DNA of 64,000 bases from NCBI GenBank assembly GCA_964481465.1, contig CAYZTL010000011.1, positions 38,022 through 102,021 on the forward strand. The letters are read 5' to 3'. This document shows positions 1-9,707 of the stretch, in pieces. A program made the translations under genes and the position numbers. The stretch is from an uncultured Anaerolineales bacterium (lineage in GTDB: Bacteria; Chloroflexota; Anaerolineae; Anaerolineales; UBA11858). The notes under the pieces are model-generated. The model had not been told where the DNA came from, made no database searches, and was given only the letters and a program-made list of their open reading frames with translations. How positions within the stretch are numbered: position 1 is the stretch's first letter; each line of letters opens with the position of its first letter.

Positions 1-1
1 C

Positions 2-3000
2 GACTTTGTTTCTCACATCGGGATGAGTTTAATCCGGGAGGAGGAAGGGAATCTTCAGTCTGCAGTAACGCACATGGAAAGGGCCTTTGAAAAACAGCCC
101 TATAATAACGCCATTCAAGAGGAGATCAGGCGTTTATATGGAAAACGGGATGGAATTGAACCTCCCAAAGTCCGCTTGACCCAAGGCTCCCTGGCGCGTA
201 TGTATCTAAAAGGAGGGCTGATTTCCCAAGGTATTGCGGAACTCCGTTCTGCACTTTCAGATCAACCAAGCCGGTTTGATTTACGAACCCTTTTGGCTGA
301 AGCTTACCAAGAAGCTGATCATATGGGAAAAGCCATTGAGACAGCAAGCACTATCCTCAAAAAATTCCCGTTTAATCTCGTGTCCAATAGAATCCTTGCT
401 CACACTTTAAAGACGCATGACCATCCAGAAGAGATGGCAATTTGTCGGAAAAGGTTGTATGCCCTTTCCCCCTATGAAGCCTATGTTTCCGAACATGCCC
501 CTACTGTAGAAGAAGTCCCAGACAGGGCGATCGAAATCGAAAGATTAGACTGGTCTGAGTTCCAGGAAGAGTTTGAAGCCGCACCTGACGAAACAAGCAT
601 TGACTGGGCTTCTGCCCTCTCCGCAAAAAAAGGAGCCTCCGAAGAAGAGGAAGTTGAGGAAGAACCTGTCCCTGAATGGTTAGCCGGAGTGGAAGAAGAG
701 GAAGCAAGTGAAGAGAAAGAGATAGAAGCTGAAGCGGAAGAGATGGATACCGAAGAAGAGATCGAAGCCCCTTTGGAAGAAGAACCTGAACTCCCTGATG
801 CGCTAGATGAAAAAGAAGAACCATGGGGTGAACCACAAGCAGCGCTTGAGGATACATCTAAAGAAGTTGAAATGAGCGAAACCCTGGAGATTGAAGAAGA
901 AACCTTTGAGGAGGAAGAAGAAATCCCGGATTGGATGGCTGAAGTTGGATGGGAAGCTTCAGAGGGAGAAGCCGGGGAACCAGAAGAGATATACAAGGAA
1001 GAAATCAGCATGCAAGACGAGGAACTTGAGCCAGCGGATATACCAGATTGGCTGCAACCAGAATCCCCTCCATCCGAAGAGGAAATCTCTGCTGAAGCGG
1101 AAATTGAGGATACGGAAGAACATATTCCGTCTCCCGAAAAACCTCCCCAGGAAATGGAAAGATTGGAAGAAATCGATCAAGAAGGCGTTCCAGAATGGCT
1201 AACTGAGGAACCCGAGCCAAGTCCAGGTATGGAAGCTGAAGACGCAACAGAGGAAGGACTTCTGCCCCGGGAAGAAGCTCCGGAAATGGAAGATATCGAA
1301 GATGAGGAATTCGCCCCGGCTGCATTTGATGAAGATTTTATAGAAAGGGAATCAGAAGATTTTCCAGATTGGCTTAAAGACATTAAATCAGACGAGGATG
1401 ATCAAAAGACAACCGTCGCCTGGTTGAATAACCTCCATGAGGAATCCCCTTTGGAAGAAGAAGATGTGGCGGCTCGAGAGGGTGAGGATTTCATTGAACC
1501 TGAACCTTCTCCAGAATCGATGGAAGATATCGAAGAACCGGATTGGATCAAAGACCTAAGCCAAGCGGATTCCGCACAACCCCCAGATTTGTTAAGGGAT
1601 GAGCAAGAAGAAGGCGAAGAAGCAGAATTCCCCTCCCTGCCTTTCGAATCGCCTGAAGATGAAGCCATCTCCGAAGCTCCTGTTGAAGAAGGGGGCGAAA
1701 CCACAGATCTCTGGGCAGAGGAACCCGAAGATTATGATGAGGATCCCATCTCCAAGTTCGAAATGGGCGAAGGTTTAGTATCCGATCAGATGGAGGGAGG
1801 AGAAGAGGATTTCCCGGATTGGTTAGCCAAATTGGACGAAGCAGAAGACATTTCTGAATTTGAGCTTGAAACGCGTGCAGAAGAGGGCGCTGATTTTGAG
1901 TGGCCGATCCCCTCCGATGAGGTGGAAGAGGAAGCGGGCATTCCAGACGAAGGGCTTGAATTTGAAGAGGAGCCCAGCCCCCCATCCTCCGAAACCGAAT
2001 TTGAAACGCTGCAGGAGGAAGAGGACATTCCAGGTTGGCTTGATATGCTAGATAAGGAAGAAGAGGAAGAAGAAACCTGGGGTGAACCGCAAGCGGAAAT
2101 GGAGGATGCTTTTGAAGAAGCAGATATAAGCAAAGCCCCGGAGATCGAAGAAGAAGCTATTGAAGAGGAAGAAGAAATCCCGGATTGGCTGGCAGGTATT
2201 GAACCTGACCTTGAAAAAGAAGTAACGGAGAGGGCTCCGAGCGCAGTTGAAGAATCAGAGGAAGAGATTATCACACCTGAGATCAAGCCGGAAGTTGAAA
2301 AACCATCAGCCATGCCAGACCTGGAAGATGAAGATGAAACCATGGCCTGGCTGGAAAGCTTGGCTACAAAACAAGGGGCTGATGAAGAGGATTTCGTCAC
2401 TTCCGCGGAAGAACGAGCCCGCGTAAAACCTCCCCAAGAAGAGGACGAAGGGCTCCCTGAAGTAACAGAGGAAGCAGAACTCCCCAAGGCTGAAATGCCT
2501 GATTGGTTGTCTGATTTGGAACCCAAAGAAGAGGTCGAAGCTGAAGACCTCAAGGATACCTTTATAGAGCGGAAAGCCCCCCCTGAATCCGCAGAAGAAA
2601 CAGTAGAAGAAAAGGAACAAATCGAGGAAGAAGGGATTCCGGATTGGCTTGAAAAATTAGAACCCAAAGACAAAGAGGAAGTGTTTGAAGAGCCCATTTC
2701 GGAAGAGGGAGAGCAACCGGTTGAAGAACCTGCTGTGGAACCTGGCATCGAAACCCCTCCGGAATCCATAAAAGAGATCGAAGAAGAGGAAGAAGGCATC
2801 CCGGATTGGTTGGGAGAATTAGAAAAGGAAGAAGAGGAGCAGGAATTTGAAGACCTCCAACCGGTCTCCGGCGAAGCCGAAATAGAACCCCCTCCCGGCA
2901 TGGATATTTCTGGAGAAGAGGAAGATGTTTCCTATTCATCTGCCTTTACTGAGGAAATTGAAGAAGAAGACATGGCTTGGCTGAGAAGTCTGTCCCAAAC

Positions 3001-4627
3001 AGGGGATTTAAACCTGGAGGACATCTTATCCGCTAAAGAGAAAGAGGAGGACATCTCTCCCCAACCTGAAATGGAACCCGACGAAGATGACCTTCCGGAA
3101 TGGTTCTCCAAACTTGATGAAGAAGACAGGGAAACCAGAGAAGAAGATATCTTTGCACCTTCCGATGCTGGTGTCGAAGCTGAGGAAAAAGTAAAACCAC
3201 TTGAGGAAGATGAAGAGGAAGAGGAAGAAGAGGGGATGCCTGATTGGCTTGCAGAACTTGAAACAGCCGAAGATGAAGCCAGGGAGTTCATTGAAGCGGA
3301 AGACGAACTCGAAGTAGAAGATCTGGCAGAAGCTGCCCCTTCAGAAGGCATGCTCAAACGACTGGGGGAAAAGGAAAGAGACGAGGAAGCAGAAGTAGAA
3401 GAAGAGGAAGTCCCTGATTGGTTGGTTGATTTCAAAGAGGAAGAAGACCCCCAGGAAACCGCTGTCCTCTGGTTGCGGAGATTCGTCGAAAGGGGTAAAG
3501 ACGTTGACGTAAAAGAAGAAATCAACCGCTATACGGATGAGTTGGATTCGGACGAAATCCCTGAATGGATGGAAGATCTGAAAAAAGAAGAGGATCCAAC
3601 CTCAACGGCTATGTTGTGGTTGAACAGGTTAGAGCGCGAAGGGAAGCTCCGAAAAGAAAGGGAAGCCGAAGAGGCTGATGAATTCGATGAGTCCAACTGG
3701 ATTGCCGAACTGGAGAAAGAACAAGAACGGCTTAAATCTAAAGAGACGTTTGAGGAGACTGAGGATTTCGAGATCGATGAAGGGGATTGGTTGGCTGACC
3801 TGGAACGCGAAGAACAGGTAGAACCCAAAGAAGAAAAGGACACGCCTCTCGTCAAAGATTCGGAAGGGGAAGGAAAGAAACCTGACCAAGAAGAAACTCC
3901 TCCCTGGATGTTAGCCACATCCCCCCTGGAAGGCGATTTGCTGACCAGTGATTTAACCCAAGAAGAGGAAGAAGAAATTCCTGAATGGTTAGCTGGTTAT
4001 GAGGAAGAACCCGAAGAACTGGGAGATGAAGAAATAGCGGAAGAGGAAGAAGATGAATACGCTTGGTTATCTGCTTATGGAGATCAGAAAGTCCAGCCGG
4101 GCCAGATCATAAACCTCAATGAGGCCGCTATCTCGCAACTCGAATCTATCATCGGAATCAGCTTTCAAGTCGCCGAGGGTATCGTTTCTTATCGAGAGGA
4201 ACATGGTCCTTTCCAATCCTTTGAAGATCTCAGAGATGTCCCAGAAATCAAAGATGATCAAACCATCGACATCTTGCGCGCAGAAGTTGTCTTGGAGACA
4301 CCTGAAGTCGCCAAAGAAGCAAAACAAATCGAAGAAAAAGAAAGGGAAAAAGTCCAACCGAAGGCAAAGGAACCTGCCCAGAGCACCCTTCAGATAGCCC
4401 GGGAGAAGATGGCTACTGGAGCGATCGAGGAAGCTCTTGCAAGCTATGAAAAACTGATCGAGGAAAAAGAAAACATCGATCAAGTCATTGATGATCTCTC
4501 TGAAGCTACCTATGATCACCCCATGAACATACCGATCATAAAGACCCTGGGGGACGCCTATATGAGCATTGACAAGCTTCAAGAAGCCTTGGATGCATAT
4601 TCAAAAGCGGAGGATCTACTCCGGTAA
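2..4627 (+). CDS. Very large acidic TPR protein (5' end outside the window): N-terminal TPRs, ~1150-aa Glu/Asp/Pro-rich region with repeated P[DE]W[LM] motifs, ComEA-like helix-hairpin-helix domain, C-terminal TPR
   Basis: The frame is open from base 2 (DFVSHIG-MSLIREEE), so ATG 23 is internal. TPR-like helices occur at both ends. INLNEAAISQLESIIGISFQVAEGIVSYREEHGPFQSFEDLRDV matches the ComEA/HHH_3 pattern. Confidence 0.85.
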   Translation, partial: DFVSHIGMSLIREEEGNLQSAVTHMERAFEKQPYNNAIQEEIRRLYGKRDGIEPPKVRLTQGSLARMYLKGGLISQGIAELRSALSDQPSRFDLRTLLAEAYQEADHMGKAIETASTILKKFPFNLVSNRILAHTLKTHDHPEEMAICRKRLYALSPYEAYVSEHAPTVEEVPDRAIEIERLDWSEFQEEFEAAPDETSIDWASALSAKKGASEEEEVEEEPVPEWLAGVEEEEASEEKEIEAEAEEMDTEEEIEAPLEEEPELPDALDEKEEPWGEPQAALEDTSKEVEMSETLEIEEETFEEEEEIPDWMAEVGWEASEGEAGEPEEIYKEEISMQDEELEPADIPDWLQPESPPSEEEISAEAEIEDTEEHIPSPEKPPQEMERLEEIDQEGVPEWLTEEPEPSPGMEAEDATEEGLLPREEAPEMEDIEDEEFAPAAFDEDFIERESEDFPDWLKDIKSDEDDQKTTVAWLNNLHEESPLEEEDVAAREGEDFIEPEPSPESMEDIEEPDWIKDLSQADSAQPPDLLRDEQEEGEEAEFPSLPFESPEDEAISEAPVEEGGETTDLWAEEPEDYDEDPISKFEMGEGLVSDQMEGGEEDFPDWLAKLDEAEDISEFELETRAEEGADFEWPIPSDEVEEEAGIPDEGLEFEEEPSPPSSETEFETLQEEEDIPGWLDMLDKEEEEEETWGEPQAEMEDAFEEADISKAPEIEEEAIEEEEEIPDWLAGIEPDLEKEVTERAPSAVEESEEEIITPEIKPEVEKPSAMPDLEDEDETMAWLESLATKQGADEEDFVTSAEERARVKPPQEEDEGLPEVTEEAELPKAEMPDWLSDLEPKEEVEAEDLKDTFIERKAPPESAEETVEEKEQIEEEGIPDWLEKLEPKDKEEVFEEPISEEGEQPVEEPAVEPGIETPPESIKEIEEEEEGIPDWLGELEKEEEEQEFEDLQPVSGEAEIEPPPGMDISGEEEDVSYSSAFTEEIEEEDMAWLRSLSQTGDLNLEDILSAKEKEEDISPQPEMEPDEDDLPEWFSKLDEEDRETREEDIFAPSDAGVEAEEKVKPLEEDEEEEEEEGMPDWLAELETAEDEAREFIEAEDELEVEDLAEAAPSEGMLKRLGEKERDEEAEVEEEEVPDWLVDFKEEEDPQETAVLWLRRFVERGKDVDVKEEINRYTDELDSDEIPEWMEDLKKEEDPTSTAMLWLNRLEREGKLRKEREAEEADEFDESNWIAELEKEQERLKSKETFEETEDFEIDEGDWLADLEREEQVEPKEEKDTPLVKDSEGEGKKPDQEETPPWMLATSPLEGDLLTSDLTQEEEEEIPEWLAGYEEEPEELGDEEIAEEEEDEYAWLSAYGDQKVQPGQIINLNEAAISQLESIIGISFQVAEGIVSYREEHGPFQSFEDLRDVPEIKDDQTIDILRAEVVLETPEVAKEAKQIEEKEREKVQPKAKEPAQSTLQIAREKMATGAIEEALASYEKLIEEKENIDQVIDDLSEATYDHPMNIPIIKTLGDAYMSIDKLQEALDAYSKAEDLLR
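824..2195 (+). repeat. Intragenic duplicated block (~39 codons) at 824-941 and 2078-2195
   Basis: WGEPQAALEDTSKEVEMSETLEIEEETFEEEEEIPDWMA vs WGEPQAEMEDAFEEADISKAPEIEEEAIEEEEEIPDWLA; the DNA is also similar (tggggtgaacc.caagc ... gaagaagaaatcccggattgg). Confidence 0.75.
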
Positions 4628-4660
4628 CCATTTTTCATGCGTTCGGCTCGAATTGCATCA

Positions 4661-4697
4661 AAGACCGGCACATAAGCGTGCCGGTCTTCGTTTGCCT
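4661..4697 (+). terminator. Probable intrinsic terminator after the TPR protein gene
   Basis: Perfect 11-bp stem aagaccggcac/gtgccggtctt with a 6-nt loop and a T-rich tail. Confidence 0.6.
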
Positions 4698-4779
4698 GTC
4701 TTTTCCCATTCTCAATTCCCTAAGGAACATGTATACTTAATACGGCGCATGACAGCTAATTCATAATATGGAGGAAGTC

Positions 4780-5229
4780 GTGGAAAGAACGTTAGTATTG
4801 ATCAAACCAGATGCTGTACAAAGGGGATTAATTGGAGAAATCATTCACCGCCTCGAACGACGAGGGTTACGTTTGATCGCTGGCAAATTCATCCAGGTCA
4901 GCCAGGATTTGGCTGAGACCCATTACGGGATCCACAAAGGAAAGCCATTTTACGAATACCTGCTCAATTACATCACCTCTGCTCCCGTGATGGCAATGGC
5001 TTGGGAAGGTCCTAATGCGGTTGGTGCAGTTCGACAAACCATGGGGGCAACCAACCCTCTCGAAGCTTCCCCAGGCACGGTAAGGCATGATTATGGATTA
5101 GAGATCGGTTTGAACCTGACCCACGCCTCCGATTCCATTGAAAATGGAGAAAAGGAAGTCGCACTTTGGTTCGACGAGGATGAATTAATTGACTGGGAAC
5201 GAGATGTAGATCGCTGGGTCTTTGAATAA
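4780..5229 (+). CDS. ndk: Nucleoside diphosphate kinase
   Basis: ERTLVLIKPDAVQRGLIGEII, PVMAMAWEG, PGTVRHD, NLTHASDS (catalytic His). GTG 4780 follows the GGAGGA RBS; ATG 4768 is an alternative start. Confidence 0.97.
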   Translation: MERTLVLIKPDAVQRGLIGEIIHRLERRGLRLIAGKFIQVSQDLAETHYGIHKGKPFYEYLLNYITSAPVMAMAWEGPNAVGAVRQTMGATNPLEASPGTVRHDYGLEIGLNLTHASDSIENGEKEVALWFDEDELIDWERDVDRWVFE

Positions 5230-5253
5230 TGAATCCCCCGTAAATCGCAATCC

Positions 5254-5286
5254 GGTTCCGGGGTACACACTTCGGAACCTTTTTTA
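5254..5286 (+). terminator. Intrinsic terminator after ndk
   Basis: Stem ggttccggggt/acttcggaacc, loop acac, followed by a T6 tract. Confidence 0.85.
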
Positions 5287-5341
5287 TTTCAATACGACTG
5301 GTATGTTTGATCGTCTCTTATGTTGAGAGTAAATTACCCGT

Positions 5342-7216
5342 ATGATGGAACCCACAACCCTTATAAAAAAACTGGAAAAAATCCTTCCCCATGTGGAAAA
5401 ACCCGGTCGCTATACTGGAGGGGAGTTGAACCAGGTAGTGAAAAACTGGGATGAGGTAACGACCCACATCGCATTGTTATTCCCTGAAATCTATGATTTG
5501 GGGATGTCCAATCTGGGTTGGATGATCCTCTACGAAATTTTGAATCAGCGCGAAGGCCTGCTGGCGGAACGAGCGTTTTTACCCTGGACGGATATGGAAG
5601 AAGCCATGCGCTCTTCAAACATTCCCCTCTATTCGCTAGAGACGAAACATCCACTGGCAGATTTCGATATCATAGGGATTTCACTGCCCTATGAAAGCTT
5701 ATACACAAACATGCTGAACGCCCTCAATTTAGCAGGGCTCCCCCTTCACAGTCAAAAGAGATCCGAAGAAGACCCATTGATCATCGCTGGCGGTCATGCA
5801 GCGTTCAACCCGGAGCCAGTGGCGCTCTTTATTGACGCTTTTGTGATCGGAGAAGGGGAAGAAGTTATCCTGGAGGTCATCGACACTCACCAAACGTGGA
5901 AGAAACAGGACGGTTCGAAACGTGACCTCCTCCAGGATTTGAATGAAATCGAAGGCATCTACATCCCCTCTTTTTACCGCCCTCATTATCACCAGTATGG
6001 TACCTTTTCACATCTGGAAAAACTCTCCGATCAGGCGAAGGATCGCATCTTAAAAAGGATCGTCCCGGAATTGCCCCCTCCCCCCACAGACCTGGTTGTC
6101 CCTTATATTGATATTGTCCACAATCGCGCCCCGTTAGAGATCATGCGCGGCTGCACCCGGGGATGCCGTTTCTGCCACGCTGGCATGGTCAACCGCCCGG
6201 TTAGAGAAAGACCTGTCCAGGAAATTATCGATGCGATGGAGGAAATGGTGGCCAAGACAGGATTCTCGGAAATTGGCCTCCTTTCATTATCCTCTTCTGA
6301 CTATACGAATATTGTGGAGCTCGCGGAACAGTCCCGGGACCATTTCCAAGACGCCCATATCTCGATCGCTTTGCCGTCCCTGCGAATTGAAACCATCTCC
6401 GTCAATTTGATGGACGCCTTGGCTGAAAAACGACGGAGCGGCTTCACTCTCGCGCCAGAAGCCGGGACCAACCGGATCCGTAACATGATCAATAAACCCA
6501 TTACCGATCAGCAACTTCTCCACACAGCTCAGGAAATTTATCAACGGGGATGGCACACGATTAAGCTTTATTTCATGATCGGGTTCCCTTCGGAAAGCAT
6601 GGCAGATGTAAAAGCCATCGCTGATTTATCGAAAGCAGTTAGAGATGTAGGCGAAAAGGTCATCGGACGACGGGCGAAGGTCCATGCCAGCATCAGCACA
6701 TTCGTACCCAAACCCCATACACCCTTCCAATGGGTCCCCTGTATCGATCAAGATCAAATCCAACGCAAAATTGAATGCCTTCAAAAGGAACTCAGAGGAT
6801 GGGGTTTGAAACTCAGCTGGAACGACCCCCAAGAAACCGTCCACGAGGCTTGGCTCTCCCGGGGGGATCGGAGGATTGCGGAAGTCATTCACCATGTCTG
6901 GCAAAACGGTGGTAAATTCGATGCCTGGGAGGAACACTTTGATTACCAGCTATGGATGGACGCCTTCCAAGAAGCTGGCTTAAATCCCTCCTTTTACGCC
7001 CACCGCCAACGATCCACAGAAGAGCGTTTTCCCTGGGATCATATTGACATCGGGGTCAAGAAATCGTTCCTCCTGGAGGATTACCAATGGGGAAAGGAGG
7101 GAAAAACGCGCTTAGATTGCCGTGAACAGTGTTACGCATGTGGAATATTGCCCACCTACAGCCAGCTCCGCAGAACGCATCCTCGGGACACCTGGAAGTG
7201 TCCTGAAGTCAAATAA
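5342..7216 (+). CDS. TIGR03960-family B12-binding radical SAM protein
   Basis: VEKPGRYTGGE N-terminus, FPEIYDLGMSNLG, radical SAM motif GCTRGCRFC, APEAGT, C-terminal CREQCYACG. Confidence 0.92.
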   Translation: MMEPTTLIKKLEKILPHVEKPGRYTGGELNQVVKNWDEVTTHIALLFPEIYDLGMSNLGWMILYEILNQREGLLAERAFLPWTDMEEAMRSSNIPLYSLETKHPLADFDIIGISLPYESLYTNMLNALNLAGLPLHSQKRSEEDPLIIAGGHAAFNPEPVALFIDAFVIGEGEEVILEVIDTHQTWKKQDGSKRDLLQDLNEIEGIYIPSFYRPHYHQYGTFSHLEKLSDQAKDRILKRIVPELPPPPTDLVVPYIDIVHNRAPLEIMRGCTRGCRFCHAGMVNRPVRERPVQEIIDAMEEMVAKTGFSEIGLLSLSSSDYTNIVELAEQSRDHFQDAHISIALPSLRIETISVNLMDALAEKRRSGFTLAPEAGTNRIRNMINKPITDQQLLHTAQEIYQRGWHTIKLYFMIGFPSESMADVKAIADLSKAVRDVGEKVIGRRAKVHASISTFVPKPHTPFQWVPCIDQDQIQRKIECLQKELRGWGLKLSWNDPQETVHEAWLSRGDRRIAEVIHHVWQNGGKFDAWEEHFDYQLWMDAFQEAGLNPSFYAHRQRSTEERFPWDHIDIGVKKSFLLEDYQWGKEGKTRLDCREQCYACGILPTYSQLRRTHPRDTWKCPEVK

Positions 7217-7255
7217 GGGCCAATATCCTCCCGTTTTCTATGTTCTCGTAGCTGC

Positions 7256-8053
7256 ATGAAGGTGTATATGAAAGCACAACGGATCAGGATCTATTTTTCA
7301 AAGACAAAAGCCATGCAGTTCACAGGTCATTTGGATCTACGCAGGGCCTGGGTGCGAACGTTTCGCAGGGCAGATCTCGCGCTGGCATACAGCCAGGGCT
7401 ACACGCCCCGTCCGCAATTGAACCTCGCCACTCCCCTTCCCCTGGGCTTCTTAAGCACCGCAGAGGTCGGTGATTTTTGGCTGGAAGAGTCGTACCCGCT
7501 GGAGGTCATCAAAAATCGTCTCCAGTCTGCCACCCCTCCCGGGATAAAGGTCGATCGCATCGAAGAGATCCCTGATATACACGGTGATAAACTCCCCACT
7601 TTGGTGACAGCGGCGTCGTATGTGGTCACCCTGTTCACGGATCCCAAACCGTTAAAAGATAAAATCAAACAATTATTGGAAAAAGGGGAAATTCTCCAGG
7701 AGAGGAAAGGGAAAACATATGATCTCAGACCCTTGGTTTACGAGTTAAAGTCTTTGCCGCCAGACGAAAATGGCCGACAGCGTATGGAGATGACCCTCTC
7801 CCACCTCCCAGGGGCAGTAGGTCGCCCTGATGAGGTCCTTAGAGAACTGGGTATTGATCCAAATCAGGCGCAAATTTACCGCACAAAGATACACCTAAAA
7901 GGATATAAACGAGGAACGGACTCTTCGAGGTGTTTACCTTGCGTACCTTACAACTTGGATGGACCCATCCATTTTACACTTCTTTTATTGGCATGGGTTT
8001 GGCTGTGGCCCGGACGTCAAATAAGGCTTCCAAGCGAATATTGGCTCCTCTAG
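7256..8053 (+). CDS. TIGR03936/DUF2344 radical SAM-associated protein with an aberrant ~50-aa read-through tail
   Basis: QRIRIYFSK, FTGHLDL.R, LAYSQGYTPRP.L.LA.PLPLG..S..E; usual partner of the upstream gene. Recognisable sequence ends near RTKIHL (~7895). Confidence 0.85.
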   Translation: MKVYMKAQRIRIYFSKTKAMQFTGHLDLRRAWVRTFRRADLALAYSQGYTPRPQLNLATPLPLGFLSTAEVGDFWLEESYPLEVIKNRLQSATPPGIKVDRIEEIPDIHGDKLPTLVTAASYVVTLFTDPKPLKDKIKQLLEKGEILQERKGKTYDLRPLVYELKSLPPDENGRQRMEMTLSHLPGAVGRPDEVLRELGIDPNQAQIYRTKIHLKGYKRGTDSSRCLPCVPYNLDGPIHFTLLLLAWVWLWPGRQIRLPSEYWLL

Positions 8054-8493
8054 CCGGTTTGGGTTTGGCTATCTCCACCCACACCATCCACAATCTGATT
8101 GTCGTTCTCCTGGCAGGCTCCCAGGGGAGGATCATCCGCCTGCTCTGGGATTGGGGCGGGTGGTTTGTCGTGATCGGGATCATCATCTGGGCGATTTCCC
8201 GGGAAAAACGCAATATCCAAATCCATTTGCAGCCAGAAATCGAGAGAGAAACAATAACCTTTTCTCAATACAAAACCGCTTCCTCCGCATGGCGGCAGTG
8301 GATCGCCAAAATAAACGCCCTGTTCCAAGGACGATTCAGGGAAACGCACCGCTTTTACCAGTTATGTGGTGAATTAAGCCATTTGAAACAACACCGAATC
8401 CAGTCCGATGAAGGAAGGGAGATTTCGGAGCGGATATCCACGTTGAGAAAACAATTGGCGACCTTGTCCACAGAAGTCCAGGGCCAAATTTGA
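7909..8493 (+). pseudogene. prsW: 3' fragment of a PrsW-family intramembrane metalloprotease
   Basis: Retains LR...GWTHPFYTSFIGMGLA and THTIHN (His motifs 3/4) but lacks the N-terminal EExxK and FxxxE motifs. In-frame TAA at 7906-7908 and no RBS. Confidence 0.65.
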
Positions 8494-8665
8494 TCCGACA
8501 CGAACCCCGCCCATTAAATGGTTACGCATGATAGGACCCTCTGTTATAGTACAAAGGTATCGTTCCGGATAATCTGAAATTTAGGAGAGGGTTCTTTGGA
8601 CCTCATGTAAAGCGAAAGATTACCTCATAATACTCATGCAAACCATTATTCTCTAGGAGTTCCCT

Positions 8666-9571
8666 GTGAACAGCATTAAAAAAGCCCTTAAAATTGACCC
8701 CCAAAAAACGCAGCAGGAAATCAGCACCTTTCTCCAGAACCGCTGTCAGGATCTCAATCGAAAGGGGATCATCTTGGGATTGAGCGGAGGTCTCGATTCT
8801 TCTTTGCTCGCCTATCTTGCTGTGTCCAGCTTTGGCAAAGAAAAAGTACATGCCCTTTATCTCCCGGACCGGGACAGTAAACCCCTTCACAAAAAGCACG
8901 CTCAATTGGTGGCGGACTCCCTCCAAATTCCCTTTATCGCCCAGGACATCACCCCCAGCCTTGAAACGCTGGGGGTATACGATTCGCTTCCTTTGAAATA
9001 TATCCCTGGGAAAAGGCTCCAAACATGGACGGTTAAATTAGGGAGATATCTTTTCAGCGCCAAAGATAAAGGGGATATCCTCCATGCCCGTTTGTCAACC
9101 ACGGGGAGTGAATGGATCGCAAAAGGAGACGCCTATATAAACAGCAAACACAGAATACGGATGATCGCCCTCTACCACAAAGCTGAGCGCCAGCAACTTA
9201 TGGTGGCTGGGGCTGCGAACAGGACGGAATGGCTGACGGGGACCTTTACCAAATGGGGCTGCGACCACTGCGCAGATGTCATGCCTTTTCTCCACCTATA
9301 CCGGAGCCAAATCAGAGCTCTTGCTGAATATATGGGCTTGCCAGAAGTTATCCTTGCCAAATCTGCTGACCCAGACCTCATTCCTGGATTAGATGATAAA
9401 GAGGAACTATTGGGTTCCTTTGAAAACGTGGACCTCATCCTTTACGGGCTGGAAAACGGAGTGGATCGCAATGTGCTCCAAGATCATTTACCCAATGCGG
9501 AAATTAATAAATTAGAACGGTTGATGAAGGAATCCACCCATATGCGACTCTCCCCTTACACACTCCTTTGA
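8666..9571 (+). CDS. nadE: NH3-dependent NAD+ synthetase
   Basis: ILGLSGGLDSS PP-loop, RIRMIALY, GAANRTE, FTKWGCD, LYRSQIRALA..LG.P. GTG start after AGGAG. Confidence 0.93.
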   Translation: MNSIKKALKIDPQKTQQEISTFLQNRCQDLNRKGIILGLSGGLDSSLLAYLAVSSFGKEKVHALYLPDRDSKPLHKKHAQLVADSLQIPFIAQDITPSLETLGVYDSLPLKYIPGKRLQTWTVKLGRYLFSAKDKGDILHARLSTTGSEWIAKGDAYINSKHRIRMIALYHKAERQQLMVAGAANRTEWLTGTFTKWGCDHCADVMPFLHLYRSQIRALAEYMGLPEVILAKSADPDLIPGLDDKEELLGSFENVDLILYGLENGVDRNVLQDHLPNAEINKLERLMKESTHMRLSPYTLL

Positions 9572-9587
9572 GTAAGGTTCATTCTCC

Positions 9588-9616
9588 TTGTCCATAGCTT
9601 TTCCCTTTGGTAAAAT
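9588..9616 (+). promoter_or_regulatory. Sigma70-type promoter of the tRNA
   Basis: TTGTCC-N17-TAAAAT with TG extension, 9 nt upstream of the tRNA. Confidence 0.7.
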
Positions 9617-9625
9617 GGGGACGAT

Positions 9626-9697
9626 GCCCCCATAGCTCAGTGGACAGAGTGTCGGCCTCCGGAGCCGAAGACCTGCGTTCGAATCGCAGTGGGGGTA
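9626..9697 (+). tRNA. tRNA-Arg (anticodon CCG); CCA not encoded
   Basis: Cloverleaf: acceptor GCCCCCA/TGGGGGT, D arm GCTC..GAGT, anticodon stem TCGGC/GCCGA with loop CTCCGGA, T arm CTGCG-TTCGAAT-CGCAG. Confidence 0.97.
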
Positions 9698-9707
9698 CAA
9701 AATTTTC

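Noticed and set aside
481-3918. Long Ser-rich minus-strand ORFs (481-1011, 1786-2901, 2932-3525, 3529-3918)
   Set aside because: They are antisense shadows of the GAA/GAG-rich acidic gene; poly-Ser arises from the reverse complement of Glu codons.
8494-8665. Possible NAD-responsive riboswitch upstream of nadE
   Set aside because: No recognisable conserved motif or terminator by eye.
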